From Octopus vulgaris (lineage: Eukaryota), in the NCBI GenBank assembly GCA_951406725.2, contig OX597825.1, forward strand, positions 14,136,001 through 14,200,000: 64,000 nt of DNA, read 5' to 3'. This document shows positions 41,689 through 53,836 of the stretch, in pieces. The position numbers and the translations under genes are program-made. The notes beneath the pieces were generated by a model. It was not told where the DNA came from, ran no database searches, and saw only the letters and a program-made list of their open reading frames with translations. Each line of letters starts with the position of its first letter. The first letter of the stretch is position 1.

Positions 41689-42144
41689 GATAGAGAGAGA
41701 GAGTGAATGAGTTGTACCTACGAGGTACTCCTAAAATAATCGAACATACTTTATCATTCAATGAAGTAAATATTTGATTTCAGCCCCATTTATTTTCTTG
41801 ATTTAGAATCCAATACATTTGTGAAATTTTCAAATTTCCAAAATTTCTATCGATTTTTAATTCTTTTCCTTAAACTAAAAACCGATAATTTATAGATTTC
41901 AGAAATGCCTGTGACGTAGAATTTAGTTTAGACCGTCTTTTGATCTTTATATACTTTGTGAAACAGACCGTTTCTTTTGTTTGTAATATATCAAGGCTAC
42001 GTGCGACCAAAAGTCCGTGACGAGTATTCCCAGTTTGCTTGACAGAGAAGACATAACTTCTTCCTACGATCTCACCTCATACCTTATTTGAAAGAATGCG
42101 CCGTACGGTAAATCTGCTTTCGATTCACTGTGTTTGGTCTAATA

Positions 42145-42535
42145 CATAGATACATACATACATACATACATACATACATACATACATACATACATACATG
42201 CATACATACATACATACATACATACACACATACATTCATACATACATACATACATACATACATACCTACGTATACATACATACATACATACATGCATGCA
42301 TGCATACATACATACATACATACGTACATGCATACATACATACATACATACATACATACATACATTCATACATACATACATACATACGTATACATACATA
42401 CATACATACATACATACATGCATGCATGCATACATACATACATACATACATACATACATACATACATACATACGTACATGCATACATACATACATACATA
42501 CATACATGTATACATACATACATACATACATGCAT
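42145..42535. repeat. (CATA)n tetranucleotide array with higher-order structure
   Basis: Recurrent variant blocks (catgcatgca, tacgtacatg) at about 120-160-bp spacing. Confidence 0.9.
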
Positions 42536-42664
42536 AGAGATATGACTATAGATATATTCTTATATTCTTTTTCTTTAAACGTTTACTAGTCACAGCTCGA
42601 GTGCTGCGGCCATGTTGGGGTAGCTCTTTTTGTTTTGCTACACTTACATTACTTGAAAGCAACG

Positions 42665-42732
<68 letters not shown>

Positions 42733-42908
42733 TACATATATATATACACATATATACATATATATATATGTATATATATATATATGTATGTATATATGTG
42801 TATATATATATATGTATGTATGTATGCATATATGTATATATATGTATATATAATATATATATATATATGTATATATATAAATATATATGTATATATATAT
42901 ATATGTAT

Positions 42909-42961
<53 letters not shown>

Positions 42962-43488
42962 ATATAATACAAAATAATGATTGTTCACAGCTGGAATGCT
43001 TTCTTCAAACGCGTCTTCTTGATCAAAGCTGACGTTCAGTTAAATATGATTAACATCTAGAGCGTATCGGGTGCAATGGGTCCAAATAACCGTTTATTTT
43101 ACTGAAGAGCTAAGCTTTGCCCATACAAAAAAGAAAGACAGAATGATTCCTCCTCCTTTTTTTATAGTTTCTTTTGTTCATCTTTTATTCTTGCTTCTTT
43201 CATCGTATGCGTAACACACCCTGTTGCATTCCCCAGTTATTCACGTTCCCTTGCTTTCGTCAATATGTGTATTTATATCTATCGTCTGTTTTTATATCTA
43301 TCGTCTGTATTTATATATATCGTCTGTTACTTAATTCAGTAATTGCGGTTCGGCCATCCTGGGGGCACCGCCTTGAAAGCCTTAATGTAATAAATCGATC
43401 CCAGTACTTAATATATTTTTTTAAACACTCCTACTTACTTTATCGCTTTCTTTTGCTGAACAGCTAATGTCACAGGTACGTTTATGGA

Positions 43489-43548
43489 CCAACAGCAGAT
43501 GTGAAACAGCGATCAACAACCAATGTAATTGCGAAAGCACACACACTA

Positions 43549-43590
<42 letters not shown>

Positions 43591-43657
43591 TAGTGTGAGT
43601 ATATGTGTGTGCTTTCGCAATTACATTGGTTGTCGATCGCAGTTTCACATCTGGTGT

Positions 43658-43658
<1 letters not shown>
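43489..43658. repeat. Inverted repeat enclosing a (TA)n tract
   Basis: cagatgtgaaacagcgatcaacaaccaatgtaattgcgaaagcacacaca versus tgtgtgtgctttcgcaattacattggttgtcgatcgcagtttcacatctg. Confidence 0.8.
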
Positions 43659-43697
<39 letters not shown>

Positions 43698-43698
43698 A

Positions 43699-43940
43699 AA
43701 TACAAAATAGGACAAGAACGCAAAACATCCGGACAACTAGGTGATACAAAAAGGGACATCAAAACATTCAGATAAACGATACAAAGAAAACAAGGACAGG
43801 TCATTCGAAGTTTTCTATCTTCAGTCAAGAACGAAATTATCCTCGCAATTTCGGCTGATTGTATCGTCTATCTGGATGTTTTGTTGTCCCTTTCTGCATC
43901 ACCTACTTGTCCGGATGTTTTGCATTCTAGTCCCATTTTG

Positions 43941-43944
<4 letters not shown>
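43699..43944. mobile_element. Fold-back / MITE-like element in (TA)n
   Basis: ~86-bp imperfect inverted arms at 43699-43784 and 43859-43944. Confidence 0.7.
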
Positions 43945-43982
<38 letters not shown>

Positions 43983-44000
43983 CGGTGTACGTACACTTTG

Positions 44001-44049
<49 letters not shown>

Positions 44050-44990
44050 TCTCTCTCTATATATATAAAGTTCGTGCTTTTTGGTAAAAAGAGAATGCAG
44101 GAGGATCAGTTAATTATAATTTTCTTCAACACATTCCCATCTCAGATACACATACATATTGCAGCTAAACCTTGTAAAAGAACTCCGAAAGTTGGGTCTC
44201 CAAGTAGGCCTTTCGCGATTACCTTAATGCCAGCACCTTTTCGGCACCTCCTCATATATGTGTGTGTGTGTGAAGGCACACACATACACACAAACATATT
44301 ATGTTTATATATCTTACTGCCATAAGGTTCCCATCATCCAAAATTCACACACAAGACACCAGTCGGGCCGCAACTATCATAGCAAAACAGTTACTCAAGT
44401 TGGCGCCCAGTTTGACTCAACCGAAAACCATGCAGTGGCAAATCTAGATTTTTAATCACTCATCCTATAAACTAATACACGAATTACATAAATATACTAT
44501 TTAAATTATTCTTAGTACACTCCCGTACAAACCACACTCTATTTCATATATTACTAATATTCCGTATCTGTCCGTAGTGACCTCACTCTTTCAACATTAG
44601 TATTGGCCCGCTTATGTCTGCGCTCAAGAACTACTTACCCGGCTGCTCGCCCAAATAACTTTGTCTTCTCTTAAATGCATTGAAGTACCTTTATTAAAAA
44701 AATGTATATTGTTTATGTATTGTATAAAACACTTTTATGTATTTTTGTAATAAAACCTTAACTATATTTGTTATTTAAATATATATTTTCTTCATATTTG
44801 ACATTTCAAGCTTCAGAAGTATGCCTCCTTTATCATATAATTTTTTTTTATTTACAATACACTTCAACACTATGGTCAACTACCGAAATTTCATATACAT
44901 ACATGCATACATACCTCTATATATATTTGCATAAATTCATACATATGCTTATATGCATATATACATATACATACACACACACACACACAC

Positions 44991-45034
<44 letters not shown>

Positions 45035-45041
45035 GTACATG

Positions 45042-45078
<37 letters not shown>

Positions 45079-45302
45079 GAAATATTAAAATTACTAAGTC
45101 TCTCTAAAAGAGAACAACGGTAGTGTTCCCGGAAAATATATATCGCCATACTAATATGGCATTCTTATAAAAATAAGAATAAAGCTGACCGCTTATTAGC
45201 TCCATGAGGCCATCGCCTTAAGTTAGCTATTTGATACACAAACTGTATCCATATAACCTTTGAACAAGGGAGGTCAGTCGCTCCACACTACTTGGCCGGG
45301 CA

Positions 45303-45343
45303 GCTACAGACCGTTTCGGTGTATTGCCCCTTTTCAATGCAGC
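45303..45343 (-). ncRNA. Hammerhead ribozyme, inverted copy with mutations
   Basis: Same motif on the minus strand, but the helix II 3' arm is CACC and helix III is CGG (one base missing). Confidence 0.65.
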
Positions 45344-45653
45344 GTAGCCAGACCAGTAGGTGTCGCTTCTGACAATCTCTGTTCAAAGGTTTTATTTGAC
45401 TAGCTTCGGTGGAATACATCCACTTGTTTTCAATAATAGAAATATTAAAATTACTAAGTCTCTCTAAAAGAATGCCATATTAGTATGGCGATAACTAATA
45501 TTTTCCGGGAACACTGCCGTTGTTCTCTTTTAGAGAGACTTAGTAATTTTAATATTTCTATTATTGAAAACAAGTGGATGTATTCCACCGAAGCTAGGTA
45601 AATAAAACCTTTGAACAGAGATTGTCAGAAGCGACACCTACTGGTCTGGCTAC

Positions 45654-45695
45654 GCTGCATTGAAAAGGGGCAATACCCCGAAACGCGTCTGTAGC
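45654..45695 (+). ncRNA. Type I hammerhead ribozyme (U3-A8 core variant, minimal palindromic helix III)
   Basis: GCTGCA-[TTGAAAA]-GGGG caata CCCC-[GAAA]-CGCG-[TC]-TGTAGC. Helix I extends through CTGGC/GCCGG, TGG/CCA and CTAC/GTAG. Confidence 0.85.
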
Positions 45696-46011
45696 TGCCG
45701 GCCAAGTAGTGTGGAGCGACTGACCTCCCTTGTTCAAAGGTTATATGGATACAGTTTGTGTATCAAATAGCTAACTTAAGGCGATGGCCTCATGGAGCTA
45801 ATAAGCGGTCAGCTTTATTCTTATTTTTATAAGAATGCCATATTAGTATGGCGATAACTAATATTTTCCGGGAACACTACCGTTGTTCTCTTTTACAGCT
45901 AGTAATTTTAATATTTCTATTATTGAAAACAAGTGGATGTATTCCACCGAAGCTAGGTAAATAAAACCTTTGAACAGAGATTGTCAGAACGACACCTACT
46001 GGTCTGGCTAC

Positions 46012-46053
46012 GCTGCATTGAAAAGGGGCAATACCCCGAAACGCGTCTGTAGC
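46012..46053 (+). ncRNA. Type I hammerhead ribozyme, second tandem copy
   Basis: Identical to the 45654-45695 motif, 358 nt downstream. Confidence 0.85.
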
Positions 46054-46207
46054 TGCCGGCCAAGTAGTGTGGAGCGACTGACTCCCTTGTTCAAAGGTTA
46101 TATGGATACAGTTTGTGTATCAAATAGCTAATTAAGGCGATGGCCTCATGGAGCTAATAAGCGGTCAGCTTTATTCTTATTTTTATAAGAATGCCATATT
46201 AGTGGCC

Positions 46208-46285
<78 letters not shown>

Positions 46286-46287
<2 letters not shown>

Positions 46288-47503
46288 GGGGTTGACAAAA
46301 TAATGGAAACACTTTAAAATTTCAAACAAATTTATTTTAATATGTTGTTCGACCTCCTTTGGCAGCAATTACAGCTTGAATTCTACAAGCTATGGACTCT
46401 TACAAAGTTAAAAATTTCCAAAGGAAGTTTTGTCCATTCTTCTGCTAATACAGTCTCCAGTCATTTGCAGTGATGGTGGTGGGAGATATCTACTCCTTAA
46501 TTTTTCCTAAAATGCACCGTAAATGTTCAATAATATTGAGACCTGGGGACTGTGGTGGCCAGATAAGATGTTCAACTTCACTAGAATGTTCCTCGTGCCC
46601 TTCACTAACAACTTTAGCGGTGTGAACTGGTGCATTATCATCCTAAAAGATTGTGTTTCCCTCTGGAAACAGTTCCGCAACCATATGATGAATTTGATTA
46701 GATTAAATGCTTAAATAGTCTTGACTATTAACTCTGCCATGAAGGGAACACATTGGGCAGGCGGATTTCCAAGTTATAGCCCCACCCCAGATCATCACAG
46801 ATCCTCCTCCATGTTTAAAAGTTGGCAGAAGGCAGTCTGGGTCAAATGCTTCGTTTGGCTGCCTCTTCGTGTATACTCGGCCTGTGGCCGGATAAAAGGT
46901 AAAGGAAGGCTCGTCCGAGAAAATAACATTCTTCCATTCTTCCACTGCTCTAGGGAGGAGGTACTGCTCTACTCCACTCTAAAAGCTTTGTAACGTTTGT
47001 TTTTGATAGTAGTGGTTTTCTGATTGCAGCCCTCCCGTGAAATCCGGCTTTGTGCAGCTCCCGGCGAACGGTTTTTGTGGAAACTGGGTTCTTGAGTTGG
47101 TCCTTAGGCTCTGCAGTAATTTTAGGAGCTGTACCTTTGTGATCCTTTCTAACATTTCAAGTAAGAGTCCGATAGACCTTATCTGAAAGTTTATATTTTC
47201 TTCCGGAGATTTTTCGACGGGGAGGTTTTTCCCTCTTTCTCAAAGGCTGCCATTACTTTCGAGACAGTACTTCTTGATACACCAAACATTTCGGCTGTTT
47301 TCGTTACGCTAGCGCCTGCCATACGAGCACCAACAATTTTCCCCTTTGAAAGTCCGATAGATCTGTTATTTTAATGAATTTTAATTACCTTTTTCTGATG
47401 ATATCTGAAAAGAAACAGCAATTTTAGCAAAACATATTAAGCAAAATTATTTCAAAATTATGATGCTATGATGCTAGGTGTTTCAAGTATTTTGTCCAAC
47501 CCT

Positions 47504-47505
<2 letters not shown>
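46286..47505 (-). mobile_element. Full-length decayed Tc1-family DNA transposon with transposase pseudogene
   Basis: TIRs CAGGGGTTGACAAAATAATGGAAACAC and GTGTTTCAAGTATTTTGTCCAACCCTTG with TA on both sides. Minus-strand motifs: HTH (GASVTKTAEMFGVSRSTVSK), VIFSDE, KHGGGSVMIWG, F*DDNAPVH, WPPQSPGLNIIEH. Stops and frameshifts present. Confidence 0.92.
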
Positions 47506-47537
<32 letters not shown>

Positions 47538-47540
<3 letters not shown>

Positions 47541-47774
47541 AGGTAAACACAAATGAAGATGTTTATCTCTCTCTCTCTCTTTGTCTCACACACACACATA
47601 TGTATATCTTATAAATCTATATAAAGGGAGACAGACAAATCATGTTGTTCCCAATATATTTAGTTCTAGACAATTTAATTAAATCTATCTTAAGATGCCA
47701 AGCATTGTCATAACATTAAAAGTTGCGTGCCAGTAATACATGAGACGGTATATATTAGATTACATTGTGTGTGC
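47538..47774. repeat. ~240-bp segment duplicated in inverted orientation at 51826-52078
   Basis: For example, gggagacagacaaatcatgttgttccca...gttctagacaatttaattaaatctatc has a reverse-complement match at about 51910-51975. Confidence 0.85.
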
Positions 47775-47799
47775 TTATATTTGTGTGTAACGGAGTGCA

Positions 47800-47880
<81 letters not shown>

Positions 47881-47884
<4 letters not shown>

Positions 47885-47957
47885 ACAAGAGGGTCTTTGC
47901 AATAAGTTGCTAGACCACGTGGTCTAGCAACTTGTTGCAAAGACTCTCTTTGTTATA
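47881..47957. repeat. Near-perfect 77-bp palindrome without spacer
   Basis: tataacaagagggtctttgcaataagttgctagaccac|gtggtctagcaacttgttgcaaagactctctttgttata. Confidence 0.85.
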
Positions 47958-48055
47958 ATTATATTAACTTTTACCGAATATGGTCTTTTTCCATACCGAA
48001 ATACTACTTGGTAAAATTTGTTGATTTTATTAAATTAATTATATTTTACCCTTTA

Positions 48056-48119
<64 letters not shown>

Positions 48120-48121
<2 letters not shown>

Positions 48122-48245
48122 AGGCTTGGACAAAATACTTGAAACGCCTAGCATCATAGCATCATAATTTTGAAATATCTACAAAACCCTCAAAAGCTTG
48201 TTTATTTTTATGGTTTTTGATTTATTATTAGTGTTGCTTAATATG
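48120..48245 (+). mobile_element. Isolated 5' terminus of the same Tc1 family
   Basis: TA-CAAGGCTTGGACAAAATACTTGAAACGCCTAGCATCATAGCATCATAATTTTGAAATA matches the reverse complement of about 47448-47505. Confidence 0.8.
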
Positions 48246-48276
<31 letters not shown>

Positions 48277-48283
48277 ATATATA

Positions 48284-48324
<41 letters not shown>

Positions 48325-49524
48325 ATGTATGTATATATATACAAAGACATACTCACACACACACTTATGTGTCAATACGTATATGATAATTACCTTTTGA
48401 GGAATTTCAGGAATAATTTTAGACGGTTGTGGGAATTGCAAAATGAAGTAAGATCTTGATTGCTATATTAGAAGCATATGTAAATTTTCCTCATAATTAT
48501 TTAGTGTAATCTGTTTTCTGTCTTGGATTTCATTTGGGATACATTATATTACATATAATGTAATATAATATTTGTTTCGTGTAACTTATGCAAATATGTC
48601 AAACTTTGATATAAGACCACGAATTATCAACGATACACTGTACCCGATCGTATTGCATATCACGTATTTACTAAAACCCCGTGGGGCCCCGGGAATGTTG
48701 TTTATGTATCTGCACGGCACTAATTTGAAACGAAAACGCCCACGAACATGCAGCAGGAGTTACAGTCTTCTTAAACGTGGTTATGTAGCCAGTAGCTGAT
48801 ACAGATGGAAAATATAGTAAGAATGATGGAAGTTATAAATGTATTATTAGGACACATATTTCAAGAACAACAAAAGTTAATATTTCGTTTGATGGAATTC
48901 GCAGCATTTTTCTGAATATCGTGATGTTCTGTAAGTCTCTCCAAATATCTCGACACACTTGCAGTACATGTGTGGTTCGCATGTAGGTTTCATGAGAGAG
49001 GTTGGAATCGTTTGATCTTTCATATATAACTTATTCGACAACAGCGATGGATTTCGAAGTAGATAACGCTATAAATAATAGCGTCACAACATTCTATTTT
49101 AAAAAAATGTTTTGGATAGAAAACGGCAAGGCTGCCAGTGGGATTCGAACTCACAGTCCTTCGAATTTCTCCATCCATTTTAGAAGCACATTTTAACAGC
49201 CGCAGTTATGCTGTTTACGGCATAATTTATAAACTGCGACAAACTTAAAGCAACGAACATTTTAGCGTTCGTTCAATGGTAGAACGTATGTCACCTTGAG
49301 CTAGGATGTGGGTTCGAGATCCATTGTCAGCCTTCGAGTTCTTCTATCCCAAAAGGTTTTTAATCCAATATTCACAAACTATTATTTAGAGCTTAATCTG
49401 TAAAAATGAATTATTTCACGTCTGTCGAAATATTTAAATTCTTATGATTTTCATAAATTATATTATAGTCAAGTACATAGCATTGGTTTTAGATATTATT
49501 TATTTCTCACTGAATATTGATTTC

Positions 49525-49975
49525 AAATTTTAGGAAAAGGCAAGCAATTTTGAGGAGAGGGAAAGACGATTTCAGCAACCCCCAATACTAATCTGGTACT
49601 TATTTTATCTACCCCAATAGGATGAAAAGCAAAATCGCCCCCGGTGGAATTTGAACTCAGAACGTGAACACAAATGAAATGCCGCTAAGAATTTCGTCCG
49701 ATGTCCTAACGATTCTGGTTGCTCGTCGCTTCATTTCCTACAAAACATTTAATATTTGAATTTTTGTAGGGCACTGCGAGCTGACAGAATCGTCAGCCCG
49801 CCGGGCAACATGCTTGGTGACATTTCGTCCGTCTAGACGTTCCGAGTTCAAATTCCACCGATGCCGACTTGCCTTTTCATCCTTTGGGAGTCGATAAACT
49901 TAGCACCAGTTGAGCACTGGAATTGATATAATCGACTAGTCCCCCACCTTCGAAATACCTGGTCTGCCAGATTTC
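49525..49975. mobile_element. Two diverged family B SINEs in divergent orientation
   Basis: Minus copy at about 49525-49730 and plus copy at about 49768-49975. Confidence 0.7.
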
Positions 49976-50112
49976 GAAACTAATATTTGAAGCCTTGCAT
50001 CTAGGGAATTTAACGTAATCTTTTGTTATTGTGTCGTACTTTATATTTAGAACGAGAAGAATGTGTTTGTTAAATGCCAAGGAATGTTTGTGTCACAAAC
50101 GATCAGGAATAC

Positions 50113-50493
50113 TCTTTTATTTTTACTTTTTTCAGTCATTTTACTGCGGCCATGCTGGAGCACTGCCTTTAGTCGAGCAAATCGACCCCAGGACTTATTC
50201 TTCGGTCTCTTTTGCCGAACCGCTAGGTTACTGGGACATAAACACACCAGCATCGGTTGTCAAGTGATGTTGGGGGTACAAACACAGACACACAAACAAA
50301 CACACACACGCACACATATACATATATACGACGGGCTTCTTTCAGTTTCCATCTACCAAATCCATTCACAAGGCTTTGGTTGACCCGAGGCTTTAGTAGA
50401 AGACACTTGCCCAAGGTGCCACGCAGTGAGACTGAACCCGGAATCATGTGGTTGGTAAGCAAACTACTTACCACGCAGCCACTCTTGCGCCTA
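50113..50493 (-). mobile_element. SINE family A
   Basis: Reverse complement aligns to 10606-11028. Confidence 0.88.
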
Positions 50494-52399
50494 TATGTAT
50501 ATATGTATATGTATATATGTATTACAGATTTATACGGGTAAGCAATGTGTATGTTGTCATATGTCTATAATGCTCTGGCATATATCCCTGTGTGTGCTGT
50601 ACTCATGGTGATCAAGAATGTGTGTGTGTCACATCAATAATGAGTGAGAATGTGATATTCGAAACCATTCATAGTTAGTTTCTTTCGTCGTTGATCGATG
50701 GCATTGCACAAATAGTAACTTAGCTGTCTCTGGTATTCCAGGGCAATTTACGAAACCAAGTACCGATTCCCAAGTGCATTTACCGCTTCTCCATTCATGG
50801 ATACACAACGATGGAAATACAAGTCAACATGCTACGAACAATCAGTATGTTCGTATCATCAATGGAGCTGTAGGGACTGCCAGAAATTGGTTAAGTTTAA
50901 CTGTACATATATGCTTTAAGGTCCGTCCCTTCAAATTTTTTGTAGGGGTTTTCTCCCTTAGACCTTTTTTATACGCTTAAGATGTCACCCTATAAGGGAT
51001 CAGAGGTTTAGTTTATTAATGTAGTGGACATGGTTTATGCCCGTTCATGCTCTTAGCAATCAAGGAAATGTATGTGCAACATGCTCGTATTGATTAATAA
51101 TGTATGTACAGACACAACATTATACTTGTGTTACTCGACCAGTCAATTCTTTAACACTATGGAATCAATACAGCAAACACTTCTGATTGAACACCAGTCG
51201 GAAAACTTGTAGAAATGGAGACGTAACGACTGAAGTGCTGAATATCAATAGTGAAATCGTAGTAAACCTAAAGTTAGGGTTATAGACGACAAAGAACGTT
51301 TTTGAAAAAAATGCTGTATTGATTAAATGAGTCTTGACCTGCGAATTGGAAATATTAATCAAAGACACTATAAAATAATTCTAAATACAAACTTGTTTTG
51401 TAGTCAGATTTGCAACGGAACAAATAGGAAACGGTATGAAGTTTTGACCCAGCTGTGGTCCTCAGAGTTATGGGTATTAGAAAGGCAGAAACAGAAATGG
51501 TTTCTTCTAGAACAAACAACTAGGGAGATGGAAAATTAGTCAAGGAATGGTGCCTCTATGCATTCACTTTCCTTGCAAGAATTAGAAGCCACATCTCCCT
51601 CAAATCACAACCAAGCAATTTTTTTTTAAATAGTAGGATACAGTGACTGATGTGGTTTAGGAGCATTCTGTCTGAAAAAGAAAAGATGGCATGTTCATAA
51701 ACGAAATGCCTTTGACCATTTCACCCGATCAAGACTGATCTTGGATAAATAACACTAGGAATAATCACTCCCATTTTTAGAAATATTTTTATAAAAAGAA
51801 GAGAAAAACAAGACTTATCTTAATTGCACACACAATGTAATCATATATATACAGTCTTATTTCTTACTGGCACGCAACTTTTAATGTTATGATAATGCTT
51901 GGCATCTTAAAGATAGATTTAATTAAATTGTCTAGAACTAAATATACTGGGAACAACATGATTTGTCTGTCTCCCTTTATATAGATATATAGATATACAT
52001 ATGTGTGTGTGAGAGAGAGAGAAAAAGAGAAATAGAAAGAAAGAGAGAGATAAACATTTTCATTTGTTTGTACCTTGAGATTTGTGTATCTAAGTCAATA
52101 ATGTAGAGATGTAGCCGTTGATGGGACACGTAAACACTTATATTCCAGGTTCAGTCCTATATTCCTCTTTATTCACTTCTGGTTGTGGCGAGTGGATTTT
52201 CCCATCATATCTCTAATCTCCCTTGTAACAGCGAGACTACCGAACTAAGCGGGAGATGATAACATGACAGGTTTACGTGGATTTTCCAGTTCATCTTCAG
52301 CGAATGTTGGAAGGTCCAATTTGGTTCTTAAGCTATAAGTTAACTATTGTGGGGCTAACAACAGAGAATGACACAGGAAATACACGAATTAGACATGAA

Positions 52400-52830
52400 A
52401 TGTACTTGTTCGTAAAGTCTCGCTTGACGTCTGCATAATGAAAGTTCAGTAATAATGATGGTCGCTTGGCGAAAGATTTGTGTATTTTTGTGAGGAAAGC
52501 GATCTCCTCAATTAACTAAAAAAAACCTCCTGGAGCTCCTGGAGCTCCTGAATATCAAAGGCTTCTACAACGCTAATATGGCGGCTGTAGGCAGATCATT
52601 TCTTTCATCAATGCAGGAGAGTAACGTATAGAAAGCACGACAGTCGTAAACGCTTGAATGGTATCCGTCTCCGCCGTCCAAGAAATACGACCGTTAGTTA
52701 GAGGCGGTTTAGTGTCTTCTAGAGTGCAGTCTTCAGAAATGATGTTGCCTAGGTAACGGATTAAGCGCAACTAGATCGTATTCAGCAGCATGATTGAGAT
52801 TGAATCGCTCGTACGCCAACAGACCTTCTC
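52400..52830 (-). pseudogene. RTE-like LINE ORF remnant
   Basis: RYLGNIISEDCTLE and IQAFTTVVLS resemble the post-RT YLGS and K..VY.AVVLS motifs. Confidence 0.55.
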
Positions 52831-52853
52831 ATACTACCTGCTCCAGTCGAGAT

Positions 52854-52904
<51 letters not shown>

Positions 52905-53081
52905 GAGGTGGGAGAGAAATAGAGTGAGTGAGAAGGACAAACAGACAGAAACAGAGACGTTACATTAAGACAGATAGGACTCGCCACACTTGGTTGCTTT
53001 CCGGTATTTGACAAAGACAAACCAGCAGCTGTTAGCTGTAAACAAGATGCATATAAGAAAATAGTGAGTCACAATACATAT

Positions 53082-53262
<181 letters not shown>

Positions 53263-53396
53263 GTATATATATATAACCGACTACCTACGCATTCCTATAT
53301 TCGATACATACCATTATCCTGTATACAAATAGACATACATCATACGAAATATATACACATCTACTTATGCTCACAGAAATACGCATACACTCATAC

Positions 53397-53836
53397 ACGC
53401 AGTGGTGGTGGGTAAGAAGCTCAGTTTGTAACTATCGGATTGCGTGTTCAATATCGTTATACAGCACTTTAGACCAAAACTTTCTAGTATAGCCCCAGGC
53501 TGACCAATGCCTTGTGAATGAAATTTGATAGACTGAAACTGCTTGGAAGCCTATAATACATATGTATATATATGTATGTGTGTGTGTGAGTGTTTTGTTG
53601 CGCGTGCGCTTTTTTGTGCTGTGTGTGCCTGTCTTTCCCACCGTCACTTGACAACCGGTGATGGTTTGTTTACGCCAGCACAACCTAGCAGTTGGACAAA
53701 AAAAGAGCCCAATAAAATAAGTAACAAACTTTAAAAACAAAAAATTAATTACCGGGGTCAATTTTTTTTCAATTTAACAGATGAAGGCGATGCCCCAGTA
53801 TGGTCGCAGCCCGGACGATGAAACAAGTAAAAAGAG
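53397..53836 (+). mobile_element. SINE family A, old and diverged copy
   Basis: Degenerate but colinear match to family A. Confidence 0.7.

Larger units (their letters stand above)
45073..46203. mobile_element. Retrozyme / Penelope pLTR-like array: one inverted ~398-bp segment plus two tandem ~360-bp non-coding units, each with a hammerhead ribozyme
   Basis: Unit start aagaatgccatattagt recurs at 45468, 45831 and 46187. Segment 45073-45471 is the reverse complement of the unit, with an internal period of 360 (ataatagaaatatt at 45073 and 45433). Flanked on both sides by (TA)n. No ORF of 60 aa or more. Confidence 0.85.

Noticed and set aside
45073-46203. CRISPR array, simple satellite or MITE interpretation
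   Set aside because: There are no unique spacers, only about three units, and the inversion is asymmetric with permuted ends rather than true TIRs.
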